From Lama glama (Eukaryota), in NCBI GenBank assembly GCA_028534125.1, contig CM052816.1, positions 15,626,001-15,690,000 on the forward strand: DNA of 64,000 nt. Reading direction: 5' to 3'. Under the pieces are notes generated by a model, which worked only from the letters and a program-made list of their open reading frames with translations, was not told where the DNA came from and ran no database searches. Position 1 is the stretch's first letter, and each line of letters starts with the position of its first letter. Shown here one piece after another: positions 1-13,183 of this stretch. Position numbers and translations under genes: made by a program.

Positions 1-3000
1 GACTAAGGACAAAACCCTGATAAATATTACTTATGCGTCGTTGGGCCGAGTGGGAGAGAGTAAAAGAGACGAGTTAATTTTTATAAATTGCTACGTAAGG
101 GCGAAATACAGAACTATAAACTGTCCTTTAAGAGTTTTCTTGAAATCTTACCAAGTTTGACAAGATTTTTGGTACACGTTAACTTTTCCCCTCGCTTTGT
201 GTGCTGTCATATCTCCATTCTGCAACACTGCGTACATAGAAGATGGATCACTTAAAAATGCCTTCACCATCTTTAATTATTTAAATAGACCGCAGAGAAC
301 TCAATCTGTGATTTAAGAAAACTTAGTCACTGTTTTAACTTATTTAACTGAGTATATTTTATTTTGAGGTTGCTCTGCAGTACATCTTGAGATACTGTTA
401 TTAGGCAATAGACTTTTAAACTCACTTATTATAGGACCTTTTCCAAGAAGTTTTTCTAGCTAAGCCTTAGAGGCAGTAGGACAGGTGAAATAAACCCCAT
501 TTGATGAATAAGAAAATTGAGCTACAAAAATACATCAGTTGTTGAGAGTTGCAAATAGTCTGTCACCGAGAGATCGAGCGACAGAAACACCGCAGGTCTA
601 TTACTACCTGCTTTATCCACTAAGCCAGAGATTCCTCAATAGTTTACTTCCGGGTATCTTTTGATGCTCCCTTCCCCCTCTTATGTATTGTAGGCAATGC
701 CTAATGTCTGAGAGAAAGGTATTCCTGGAGACCTCAAGTCACAGATTATTCTAAAAGGGCATTTTTCTGCAATAGAAAATTACAGCTCAGAAATAATTTG
801 TTGTGAATCAAACTTCCATGCTAACAAAACAAAATATTTATTAATCCCTAGTTCAATGTGAGAAAACTTTTGCATTAAGAATGCCTCTAGAATGATGGGT
901 CATTTCTTTTGAATTGCTTCTTTATTCACCTCATCTTTAGGTGGCAGCACTACTATATAAATATCTTTGAAACTACAGTCTTCTGCAACTTGATATCCTA
1001 AAGAATGTTTTGTCCTAAACGCTTCCAACTATATTGTGGAGATTAGAAGCTGGTGAAAATATGGAATCATAGCTGAAAATGAGAATACTTAGGAGGGATC
1101 TAGCAGAGGAAAATGGGCTTGCAGAGAAAATAATAAAATACATGGAGCCACTGAGGGAAAAGCTTTGGAAGTTTTTTTTTAAGCTTTTTTATTTTTATTT
1201 TTTTAGCTATGTAAGGAGCAAATAGCATCTTTAAAGCTCTCTTATTGAAACAGAAGATAACCTTCCAAAGCAAAGTAAAACTTCTCAACAGTGTACGTGT
1301 ATCAAGCATTTACAAGTTTAAAGTTGCTAGTTGTATACATAGCTGCCAGTATTCACTACAGTTTTAAAATTCAGGTGCAGTTTTCTTTATTAAACTGCAC
1401 CAAACTTATGAAGATCCCAAACAAGACCTTATCGTTGACCCATGTGGAAAAGGACTCATCTGGGCTCCTTTCCTTGCTGCTTACATTTTTCATGTAAAAA
1501 GTAAACTGCCATTACTCAAACTCAGAGAAGTGAGAAGACAAGCTAAAATAAATATAAAATAACAATATATAAATATTCTATATCTTAATTTCCCTCACAT
1601 TTTTTTGAGGGTAATGAATGTGATATGTAAGGGTTATTTGGATCCAGTGTTTTCTAAGCAGAACTTTGTGGTAATTAATTTTGTATATTTACAGTAGTTC
1701 TCCCTGTACTCCTTTGTCCAAGCAGCCAAGCAAAATTGAATTTACATGCATTTCAAAATAGACTGCATTAGATTTACAGTATAAATACAACCACTAAGGA
1801 ATATAGAGGTATGATCATCAGCAGTGGAAAATCATTTCTGAATAGAGGATGAAGTGTTAATGAAGTCTTTCTTGATGGCAGCTTCCATTTTTCTCAGGTC
1901 ATACTTGGAGAAGGAGTCTCAAGCAAATTGGTAGAACTCAAACTCCCTAGTATTATGTTAAGATTTTTAAGCTCTCTTGTGCCAGCAAATCATGCAGCCT
2001 GGGGGCCTTAGCTCCAAACTTCTGCCAACTCCATTTTGGCAGTAAAGTGTTCTGTTGAACAAAGTTTGCACGTGTTTGGGGTGTGAAGTGGTTCCTCAGG
2101 CATTTATTGATTTTATTCCAGTTTAGGGACTTGAAGACAAGGGTCAGAAACACAAGACTTATATAGTTCATATGTGCCCTGAAACAGACTATGCTAGTAA
2201 TCTTGAATTTTCACTTAAACAAGGATAGGTTTTTCTTTGTTGGTATCTGAGTTATTGAAGTGGACCCTTCAGCTTACTCCCTAGGTGCTAACATAATATT
2301 CAACCAGATCTCAGAAGCACGTAAGCAAGATCCTCTTTGTTGAGGGTATAGAGCTATGGAAAATCACTCCTCATCCTCTTACCCATAATACCACCAAAAT
2401 ATATTTATCCAGATGAAACATACTAAATAATAATATACAGCTTGAGAGCAAAGGGCCAGTAATTATTTAAACTTGATCTCATTGTCAAATTAAATATAAC
2501 TCTGAGCCTCTGATCTTTTTTTATATCAGTTGTCTGACTTCATCATTTTCACCTACCTCCTCCCATCCTGGCGTCATTGGTTAACAACACTGGTCCAGAT
2601 GTGTGTGCTAATTTGTCTTATTTCAGAGGTCCCTTGTCTTGTCAGAAATATATATAAACAGTTTCAATTTCCATTAATTTTTCAAGTAATTTTAATAGAA
2701 AATCCTTGCATAATCTGGGGTAACACAATTTTAAAGCCATAATAGAGTGCTGTTGGAGTATTCTTTTTTTTTTTTTCCTTCCTGGTTTAAGAATAATGGG
2801 AAAAAAAGACAAACGTAAAAGTAACAAATGTTGGAATGATACTATTATTGTAACTTTAACCATGATCAATGAAATGTCAATTTGTATACAAGTATGGTCA
2901 TTTGAAAATGGTAGTTGTTCTGGATACTTGCCAAGAGAATGTGGCCTAAATTCTTATTTTCACTTTTTCCTTCTCTACCCTTCTTTTAAAAAGTAGTTCC

Positions 3001-4309
3001 CAAGTCAAAACTAACATATGGATGGAGTCAGAGATGGAGAGGAAAGCTGGGCCTTTCCGAAGAGTGGATCTATCTGGACTGGAAATTACCATTGAAATTT
3101 GCTGCACATTTTATGGTGACCCCAAAACTCCTTTGCTTGCTTGCTTTAGAGTATCAATGTGTTGCCACTTTACTACCTGGAGCAAGACTAAATACATAGA
3201 CATAAGTAGATATGCACATACAATCATATACTGCTACTCTCAGGCTAATTTAGGAAAGTTTTACATTCCAGAGCAGTAGCACTTTGCAATTAGATGAAGA
3301 TCAGTTGTGTTTCTTTCTGTGGTGAGTAAAATGTGTCAGAGGAAAAATCAAGATAATACATCATGGAAAAAAACAAAGGAAGTTCTTTAATATTTTGTGT
3401 TATAGAATTTTTATCTTTCAAGTATACTTTTTTCTTCTTGTCTACTTAAATACTCAAAATTAATTATTAAATGTAAATATTATGTAATTGTAATGATTAG
3501 TTTTTACTTGCTAGATAGTAAATCAATATTTACTTCATAATTATGTGTATACAGAAGAAATGTTTTTTAATTACCATTTTGGAATCCTATTAATATACAT
3601 ATCACATAAACAATATTACAGCTGATAATTGGTTTAGATGGCTTTTTTTTTCTCACCTTTAACTTCCTTTTGGAAAGTGAATATTACCTGCTATTTCAGG
3701 ACTGGTTCTTGGGACCCACCACTGTTCATCAATCAGCCTTATTTTCTTGAGTCATTTATTGAACAGTATCTATCAAATGCCTGTTTGCCAGACATTGTTT
3801 TAGGTGCTTGAACAAAACAAAAGTCCCTGATCTCATAGAGTTTCCAGTCTAGTAAGACATAATATAATAAAGAAAGATATACTAATATGCTGGATAGTGA
3901 TAAATACTAAAAAGAAAAAGAAAGCAGGTAAGGGGAAAGAGTTTTCTGTGATTGTGTGTGAATGTGTGTGTGTGCATGTCTCCTACCTGATATTTTAAAT
4001 AGAGTGATCAAGGATGCCTCTCTGAAGAGGTAACATTTGAGCAGAGATTTGAAATAGTCATGGGAAAATCTGGGGAGATGTTCCAAGTGTTGTGAACAAT
4101 TTGTGCCGCATAAAGTCACTCAAGTATAATCCAGATAACATCCCATGTATAATCCAAATATACATGGAAATATGTATTTTTTTTCCTTAAGAGAAAAAGA
4201 AACTCATGAGGTTTTCAGAAAAGTTTTTCATTTAATATCAGCATTGTTCACATTGCTCTATTTCTCATGATGATTATTCCATTATTTAATACAATAAGAT
4301 TCATGGCTC

Positions 4310-4613
4310 TACAGGCAAAGCTCTACAGTCCTTTATCTGCAATTCCAAAATCCAAAAACTTTTTCCTCAATTTATTTTGCGGCAAAAACTGAACTGACAT
4401 GACTCTGTTTAAAGTCTTCATTTATTCCATTTGGTGTGACTATTGATGTATTTCAATACAGAAACATGTTTGATTAAGATATACTGCCCAGGACAACACA
4501 TGATAAGTAAAATATAGGTAGCATAATATATTACATTCCTAAAATATGAAAAGAATTTTAATTCAGAAACACATCTGGCCTCAGGGATTTCGGTTAAAAA
4601 ATTGCAGACCTGT
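4310..4613. mobile_element. TcMar-Tigger MITE (MER46C-like)
   Basis: TACAG...CTGTA ends; internal motifs GCGGCAAAAACTGAACTGACATGA and GAAACACATCTGGCCTCAGGGATTTCGG match the recalled consensus. Confidence 0.7.
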
Positions 4614-6367
4614 ACCAGATTTATCCTTGATTTTCTGATTAAATATTATCCCTGATATTAATGATATGTATCATTTATAGTTATATTTATATTAATGATA
4701 TTATGAAGTATTATCATTAATGTTAATCTTTGGATATATTTTATTCAAGGAATAAGGTTTATATAGTGTTTTTTATTATGTACCTGGCACTGTGTAAATA
4801 CTCTTTCACAGATGAGAAAGCTGAGCCACAGAGAGATTAAGAAACCTGCTATAAGTCACACAGCTATTAAGTGACAGAGCTAAGAATTGACCCTAGACTA
4901 TTTTCCTTTATTATCTGTGCTGTTTGGCACTTAACTAACTCCCCTTCTCCCCATCCCTTTCATACTCCCTTCTACTTTGGAAAAGTTTTGAATATAAGCC
5001 CTTTCTAAGAGCATGTTTTTTTCTTCTACTCTGAAGTATCAGACATCAAAACTTTACATACTCTTTACAAACAAATATCTCAATAATGTTTTCTTATTTT
5101 ATTTTCTCCTGTTATGATTTCAGCCATTTCCGTTTCCAACTGACGTTGAGAATGAGGATAAGTAAATCTCCAGTCTAATAAGTTTTCACGTTAACCTCAT
5201 CTTTCACCATCATTTTCTTTGGATATATTTGAATAATAATGAGGTACCTCCCTTATTATTGTAGTCTTGTCAGATGTCAGTTCACATTAAAAATTTGGAT
5301 CTAGTTTACTGAGCAGTAGGCATCTGCCAGATCAACTTCTGTCATTACTTTGAAAGTTTCCTCTCACTCAATGAATTACATCAGCTCACTTTATTCTAGG
5401 CATATTAAATCTGTGTTTTTGAGTTGGATTTTTTTTCATTAGTTTATCCTCAGGTAAGAGTTCTTCCATAAGTAATTAGAAACTGAGATTGTTTCTGCTT
5501 TTATTTATTTGCTTATTATTTATTGGCTATCTAAAATCAAGATTAATTGAGCATATGTCATAAGGTTGGGCAAAGACTCTATTATGACTGTACTATCTAG
5601 GTAGAGTCAATTTGAGTAAGTATATTACATTGAACTTTCCAAGAATCTATTCTTGAGATCCCATTGTGAGACATTAAATAAATCACTTTAGTTGTTCCCT
5701 GTGAAAATTAATGTGTTGTCCTTGAATACAAAGATGAAGGTTCTGACACACGCTCGGTAAAGCATTATCTTTTGTGTAACGTTGACAGAGTTGTTCTGAG
5801 CCAAACACAGTTTCTCTGGGGTCACTCCACAGCTCATGTTTGCTAAGTTTAGGGGTGCAGTTCATGGCCACTAGAGCTAAAGAAGAATTAAACCGATTAA
5901 TTTTACCTTATTAGCATACTGCTGAACCAAATGAGCCCACAAATCACTCACTAAATTGCTGAGAAAGGAAAAAAGAGAGACTGAATAAATACATGTGTGT
6001 GTTGAGATTGACTGTAAAGAACATCAGTTGATTACATGAGGAATTGAGGGCTTTGCCAAGGCTTAGCTTGAGTAACTTTCTGTCTTCTGTGGGGTCAAAA
6101 AGATGAGATTTTCCCTTAAGACCATGCCCTGGAGACACAGGTTTTCTCCACTAGTTCTGAAATATTCCATATTCATAGTGCCCAGTACAAAACTTTTGGG
6201 GCATACCATTAATATTTACCAAGATGTAATAATGTTTTGGGGGGAATCTAATACTTGCAATTTACCTCCACTGTATATAAACAAATTTTAATGAATTCAT
6301 GTGATGGACAACTTTTTAGCTCTTCTGTTTTCCCTACTTTTTAGTTAGGTGACCCCTCCTCTATTCC

Positions 6368-6605
6368 GTGTGGTGGTCAAGAATGTGGACTGGGTAATCA
6401 AATCTCCTAGGTTCAAAACTCTGCTTTCAAATTCCTAACCATGTGACTTTGGGCAAATTACTTAATCTTTATAGGCCCCAGTTCCCTTATTTATCAAAGG
6501 AGGATAATACCAAGTGCCACATAGGTATATTATGAGAGTTAAATTAGTAAATTAAAAAGCGTTTGGAAGACGATCTGGTACATAGTAAGTATTCCATAAA
6601 TGTGA
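6368..6605 (+). mobile_element. MIR SINE
   Basis: Core TGTGACTTTGGGCAAATTACTTAATCT...CAGTTCCCTTATTTAT and 3' TGGTACATAGTAAG. Confidence 0.75.
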
Positions 6606-7404
6606 ACTCCCACTCACTGGACACCAACTTTTCCTGCCCTCCTCTCAAGGCTCAAGCCAAGTTCTCTTTTTTTCTTTCTTCCAACTTCAGGCTCTTGGGC
6701 ATTGGCCTAAGGTTATAACTGTCCTCTTCCTCACTACTAGCTTCAACTGCGTTGTTCTTGGAAACTGCCAAGTACTCTTACCTCTTCTAGGTTTTGGGTC
6801 ATTTTACTTTCTATCTGAACATCTTTTCATGGGTGTTCAGAGTAGGATCTCTTCCATATACACATTTAGAGTAGTAGCTCTTCCATTTATACATTGAAAG
6901 GTTCTCCCCTGATCACTGAAGTATGTGTTCCTTGAGAGTAGGGACTGTGTCTTAATTATCTCTATTACTTGCCTTCCCTCCCCATCCCTGCTACACAGTC
7001 TATGCTAAGGAAGTTTGTTGAATAAATGAATTAATCCATTTAGGCTTTGTGTTTTTTGCTCATTTAATCCTGGGTATTCTATTCTGAACCTCCAGTTTTC
7101 CTGAAAATTTTCTTGTTCCTTTTATCTCTGGAAGTTTTAGCTTCACCTGGTGATGCTGAGACCCCATCTTGGATCATCACAATTTTCTGGCTGACAGATA
7201 AGAGGTTCAGTTTACCACACAATCCATTCATGTTAGGAAAAAAAATTCCCATTTACTTCACTTGGAACTTAATTTCACTTATATTTTCTTGGCTCCAGCT
7301 AGACTGATATTCTTTTTAAAATCTATCAGTAGCTTTGAGAGGGAGTCTATTTTGCAGAACTCTCTCTCATTCCTTATTTGAAGATACTGCCATACCACCC
7401 TATA

Positions 7405-8540
7405 TTTCTTTCTTTCTTTTAATAAATTTGACATGTAACATAGTGTAAGTTTAAGGTATACAATGTGTTACTTTGATACATTTATATGTTGTAATATGAT
7501 TACCACTGTAGCAATATTTATCACATTATGTAATTATAGTACAATATTATTTTCTGTATTCACTATACTGTGCATTAGATCTCCATGGCTTATTTACTAC
7601 TCTTATAATTTCGTACCCTTAAACACCATCACTCTTATTATCCATCCCTACCAATCCCCTGATAGCCACCATTTTAACTCTCTCTCTCTCTTTTTTTAAT
7701 ACAAGTTTAACTTTTTTAGATTCTACATACAAGTGATATCATCACCTTCAGTCTCTTTACATGGAAAATATGAATCAGTTCTCTCTCACTTGGAGGGGAT
7801 GAATATGAATTAGATCAATCTCTTAAATTTTTTTCTTTTTAATATATAAAAGGTATATGTAACACATATATTATGTATAAAGCTCAATAATATAATGAAC
7901 TACCCAACCCAAGAACTAGCCTATTTCCCAGTAAATTGCATCTACATTTTTGTTTCTCCTTTATATTTTCCCCTGTCAGAGGTAACCAGTATCCTAAATT
8001 TTTCATCATTCTATTGCTATTTTTTTTAATTTAGTTTTATCTCAAATGTGTATGTGCTAAAACAATATATTATTTAATTTGCGTTTTTGAGCTTTATAAA
8101 AATGCTGTCATACAATATATAGTCTTCTGGGATTTGCCTTTTTAACTCAACATTATGGTTCCAAGATTCATTGATGTTATATATGATGATTGTTGATTTT
8201 TACTACCATATAACATTCTATTCTGTGAATATATCTAAATGTATTCTTCTAGTGATACATAGTTGGGTTATTTCTAGTCTTTTTAAAAAATTATAACCAT
8301 TGCTACTGTAAAAATTTTATGCATGCCTCCTGGTCACACATGCAAGTATATTTCTTGATTATATGCAGAAGTAGGGTTGCTTGGTTGTAAAGTATGCAAA
8401 TATTCAACTTTGTGAGATAATTAATGCCACACAGTTTTCCACTCTCCCACAGTTTATAAGAATTCTACTTATTCTTCAATATGTGATATTGTTACACAAT
8501 TTTTTGCCAGTCTAGTAGTGATAAAATGGTATACACCTTT
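7405..8540 (-). mobile_element. Two L1 3'-end fragments (younger about 7405-7745; older L1ME-like about 7830-8540)
   Basis: Poly(T) start, GTAAGTTTAAGGTATACAATGTG, TTTTAGATTCTACATACAAGTGATATCAT; then TTTAACTCAACATTATGGTTCCAAGATTCAT-type L1 3' UTR motifs. Confidence 0.75.
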
Positions 8541-9717
8541 TATAGGATAGAAGAAAGTCATCCTTATCCAAAGCTTTTTAAACTTCCTCTTCCTTACTAT
8601 TTTAAGAGCTCGCAGCCTCATTTGACATCACTGTACCTGGGAGTTTCTTTGAGAGAAAGTTATTTATTTGTGTGATAGTTTCTAAGGGTATAAAAACTGA
8701 GATAGGGTGGAGGCTGCTAACTGGATTGTTTGAATGTTGCTTTTAAGTTGAATTTGCATAAATACCAGATTATACACAAACTAAAACTTCTTGCTAATGC
8801 TCTGCAGAAACATGCAGAATTGCATTCTTTACTGTTAGCCCATCATAAATTAATCTAGTCTTGAGTTTATATCTGAAAAACTATTTTAAGTAAAAAGCTC
8901 CTGCAATCTGCTGATCTGGAATATTTTCACTGAATCAAGTTTAGTAAAGATATCTTTGTATATTTCTTTGTATTTTAATTTACCAGACATTCAACTTGCC
9001 CTCTTTTGATATGGTTACATAATGTAATGCAAATTAATCTCTCAAATAAATTTCAGAACTCCAAATGTTCATCGTACTTCTGTTATCCACTGAATTGACC
9101 CCCAAACAATAACCAGGAAAATAAGTCCAAACTGATGGTAGCCTAAAATGTGTGTGTGTGTTTTAATTGAAAAAGCTATCTTGTATATAAACAGTTTTTG
9201 TCAATAACTAAAAACACATGGATATAGAAAAAGAGAATCCAAGACAAATAACAATATATGTATATTTTTAAGAAGAACTTTTATACCTCCTTGTGTTTAT
9301 TGTCTTTAAAAACAAGTATCAGTTTGTCATTTGCTTATTTTTTCTTGCCTTCAGAGGAAAGATTTTTGAAGAAAGGGACTGTGCATTTGTTTTATGTTTC
9401 TTAATTATATTGTTAAATATAATATCCCAAAGGGGAACTTGGAGAATATTAATTAAGTGCAAAAGTCCCCTCTGTACCATTAATATTTGTTGACTGACAA
9501 AATGACCGAGTGAATATTCATTATCAAACCATAAGAAAGCTGCAGTAACTTTCTTCTTTATTGTACTGTAGCTATTTTTGGAAATAATCATCCATTAGAG
9601 TGAATACATTTATGCCAGGTGAGTGTTCTTCAGCTTTATTTATATAGCTGTTACTGTGTTTAGTCAAGCTGCTATCAGCCATTGACTTCTTTCAGTGCTC
9701 TCTTTTAAAACCAGATT

Positions 9718-9881
9718 GGGGCGAGGTGGGGAGGGGAGGATAGAGCTCAGAGGTAGAGTGCGTGCTTAGCATGTATAAGGTCCTGGATACAATCCCCAGT
9801 TCTTCCATTAATAAACAAACAAACAAACAAACCAAATTATCCCTCCAAAAAAGATTTTAAATTTTTTAATTAAAAAAAAAA
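9718..9881 (+). mobile_element. tRNA-derived SINE (camelid vic-1-like), copy 1
   Basis: A-box AGCTCAGAGGTAGAG, degenerate B-box GGATACAATCCC, (AAAC)n and A-rich tail; aligns with five other copies in the window. Confidence 0.85.
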
Positions 9882-10514
9882 CAAGCATTAAGCCTCACTG
9901 CCTCAATCCCATAATGCTGGATATTCACTTCAGTACTGATCAAGGGATATCAGGTGCTGCTGAAGTAAGACTGATTCCTGCCAAAACTCTCTCTTGATGG
10001 GGGCTTTTCCTTTATATCATGTAGTGTAAGTGAGCTTTTTGTTTGTTTGATTTTGTTACTTTGTAAGTGGTCATCTATAAGACAAGGCAAAGCTAGAGGT
10101 TTAAGCCTTTACTTCTAACATGGATTGCAACATGACGACATGATCACTGTAGAAGGCAGCCTCTGAGAAGGCCCTGACTCCTGCCTTCTGGTTGTCACAC
10201 CCTTGTGTAGTCCTGTCCCCCACTGTTTGAGGATTGATCTGTCTGACCAACAGAATGTGGTGGAAGTAGTAGTAGTATGTCGCTTGCAAGATTAGGTTAT
10301 AAAAGACTGCAAGGACCCAGGGACCACAGGCCAAATTGAAACCTCAGCTAGTTCTGAAGGGAACCGTTTCTGAGGTTGGAAAGTGTTAACCTAGATCTTG
10401 AGCCAAGAAGATGCAGGTTTTATTGAGTCTAAAAAAGAGAGAGAGAAAAAAACCTGGATACGTAAGTAGAAATAAGTAGGAATTTCACTGAAATATAGTG
10501 AAAAAAAGAGAGCA

Positions 10515-10952
10515 CCTAAGAAAAAGAAATGAAATACTGTTACATGCTACAGCACGGTTGAACCTTAAAAACATGCTAAATGAAAGAAGCAAGTCACAAA
10601 AGACCACATATTGTATGAGTCCATTTACATGTAATATCCAGAATTGGCAAATCAATAGAGACAGAAAATAGACGGATAGTTGCCCAGGACTGGAAGGTTG
10701 GGGTGGGGGATTTGGGGGTTTCGTTTGGAAGTAATGAAAATGTTCTAATATTGATTGTGGTGATGATTGCAAAACTCTGTAAATATAATAGAGCCATTGA
10801 ATTGTACCCTTTGAATGGATGACTTGTATGGTATATGAATTACAGTTGACCCTTGAACAACGTGAGGGGTTAGGGGCGTTGACCCCTGCCCCCACCCAAC
10901 ACAGTCAAAAATCCGCATGTAACTTTACATATATCTCAATAAAGCTGTTTTA
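10515..10952 (+). mobile_element. L1 3' end (L1MB-like)
   Basis: AAAAACATGCTAAATGAAAGAAGCAAGTCACAAAAGACCACATATTGTATGA ... TATATCTCAATAAAGCTGTT. Confidence 0.85.
10843..10927. mobile_element. Tigger2/MER8-type terminal fragment inserted after a TA inside the L1
   Basis: TA|CAGTTGACCCTTGAACAACGTGAGGGGTTAGGGGCG...AGTCAAAAATCCGCATGTAACTTT. Confidence 0.75.
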
Positions 10953-12795
10953 AAAAGACTGTTGTTTCTATCTTGGGCTTTCTCTCTCTCCTATCACTTG
11001 TTCTGAAGGAAACCAGCTGCTATGTCTCAAAGACAGACAACCTACCTGTGGAAAGGCTTATGAGATTTCCAGCCAACAGCCAGCAAGAAACTGAGCCCTG
11101 CCAATAACTTTGTGAATAATCTTTGCTAATTCTATAGGTGGAAAATAGTATCTTATTGAAGTTTTAATTTGTAGTTTCCTATTATGAGTGATATCAGGCA
11201 CATTTAATATGTTTAAAGGCATCTATTGGAGGAGAACAAAAAATAAAAACATGAACCCCATATTAAGTGACATTAGGAAACAACTTTAACCCTAGGGCAC
11301 AGTATATGATTTTTCTGTGAAAAACACACAGATTTTCCCCAAAGATCCTCAGAAAGCCACCAGAATTGGAGGGGCAAAGAATATGTGCTGGAAGGGAAGG
11401 GGCTAAAAGGGAGTGGATTATTTAAAAGTCTATGTGAGGATCAGGTAGAACCCAGATCCTCACTCCCCATTCCTACCCCAAGTAGCTAGTTGCTTTTCCC
11501 TCCTTCACAGTGCAGGAGACAGAAGCTGTCGTCTCTGGAGAAACTGAACTAGAGAGACTCTGGACTTGAATATATCAAGTTCTGAAGAATAGATATGAAA
11601 ACAAGAACTGGGTATTGTTAAGATGAGGTTAAATGCACTAAAGGCATTTTTCTCAAGCTGTGAAGGGTTGAGTCATCCTTCCTCAATGAACTATCTACCT
11701 GTCACACAGATTGCAAGGCTCACACCCTCAGGCTCGGTACCTTTTCTTTTAGTGCTGGAAGCACTTTGTTGTATTCTTACTTAACAGTTCTGCTTTTTAA
11801 AACAACTCTATAATGAACTTGCCCTTGTTTTTTTGTTTGTTTGTTTGTTTATCACATCAGTTTTCATCACTGGTAGAAGACTACTCTTTTCTTTCCCTTA
11901 TTTCTTTTAGCTCCCAAAGGAGGATAAGGAGCATCACTCCTTCTTCCTCTCCTCCTTTGTGGTAGGTTCTTCATCCATTTCATCTCACACGGAGAAATTA
12001 GTTAACTAGACCCATCAGGCTTCCCACCCTTTAAGTGGTGACCTGGAGGAGGAAAAGAGGGCATTTTCAGCTTCTAGAGAACTTTGGCTCAAATTTCGAC
12101 AAGAATGGTAGAGGAAGGAGGTGGCTATTTCAGTCATGAATGGTTATGTTCTCCTAGGCTAAACCTATAAATATTAAATGCCAATTTTGTGGTGGTAAAT
12201 GCCACCAAATTGGATTGCTTTTAACACGACACATAACCCTGGCAAATATAATTTCAGCTCTTTTCTCACACTGCGGTATCCTTTTACTTACACCATACTT
12301 TGACAGAGGAAGAATGGAACAAGCTTCATTTTGATTCATGAATGTTGTTTTTATTCTAAATGCCCCATGTGAGGGGAATGCAAATGGACACAAGATATAT
12401 GCAAATTCACTTGCATACCCAGAGAAGGCAAATGAGGCTTAGTTCTTAGATTCCTTGATCAGGCTCCCTGGGTGAGAAGGCTAAGGAAAGAGGTGTCTGT
12501 AACTGAATTACAGAGAACGTCATGTTTGAGAAGGGAGAGGAGAGATGTTGGCTGCCATACAGCTCCCAGCATTCCAGAACCTGCATATAAAAGTGAGTGC
12601 AGCTGCCAAGGCAAGAGAAGGAGCTCAATGAAAGAACGGCCTTCACTGGTGTGAGGGCGCCCAAGGCACAGAATGCACACAGCGGGATAAAATGGAATCT
12701 CCAACTTTTCTGCTTTAGGTCTTGACCCCAAATCTCTGCATAAGTCCTTAAACCACTGACTATCTCTTCCTGCCTCCTTACTCTCTATTATAGCC

Positions 12796-13183
12796 CAGGC
12801 CAGGACCAGGTTGCAGGAGTGAGTTGCAAAATTTAAAGCGAGCACCCCCCCCAAATCAGTAATCAAGATAATGTTTTAGTGTAATAATTTTTCATTTCAA
12901 AATTAGTGCAAAAAATCCACGTTGAGCAAAACACCAAATTTTAAGTGAAGACAGAATACTGTCGTGCACTTTTATGACCCTGCCGCAGTCATATCACCCT
13001 GAACCTGAACTTGGTTCCAATAAAACTTTATTTGCAAAGCAGGTGGCTGGCTGTAGCTTGCTATTTTGCTTTTTTAAAACTATTACAATAAACTATTATT
13101 TATCTTGCTGATTGAGATTTTGACGCCTCTTAAATTTGGTGCCAAGGGGAGTGTGTCACTCACCCTATCCTAATTTTAACCCT
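12796..13183. mobile_element. Palindromic hAT-type MITE remnant (hAT-Tip100/MER91-like), with a short MER58-like piece inside
   Basis: Left arm GCAAAATTTAAAG...TCAGTAATCAAGATAAT is inverted relative to right arm ATTTATCTTGCTGATTGA...CTTAAATTTGGTGC; CAGG...CCTG ends; GTTCCAATAAAACTTTATTT near 13014. Confidence 0.55.

Larger units (their letters stand above)
10148..11125 (+). mobile_element. MaLR LTR (MLT1F/G-like) interrupted by an L1-mediated insertion at 10310-10952
   Basis: Starts TGTAGAAGGCAGCCTCTGAGAAGGCCC; LTR sequence stops at AAAAGACTG (10301-10309) and resumes after the same 9-mer (10953-10961); later CAGCCAACAGCCAGCAAGAAACTGAG. Confidence 0.75.
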
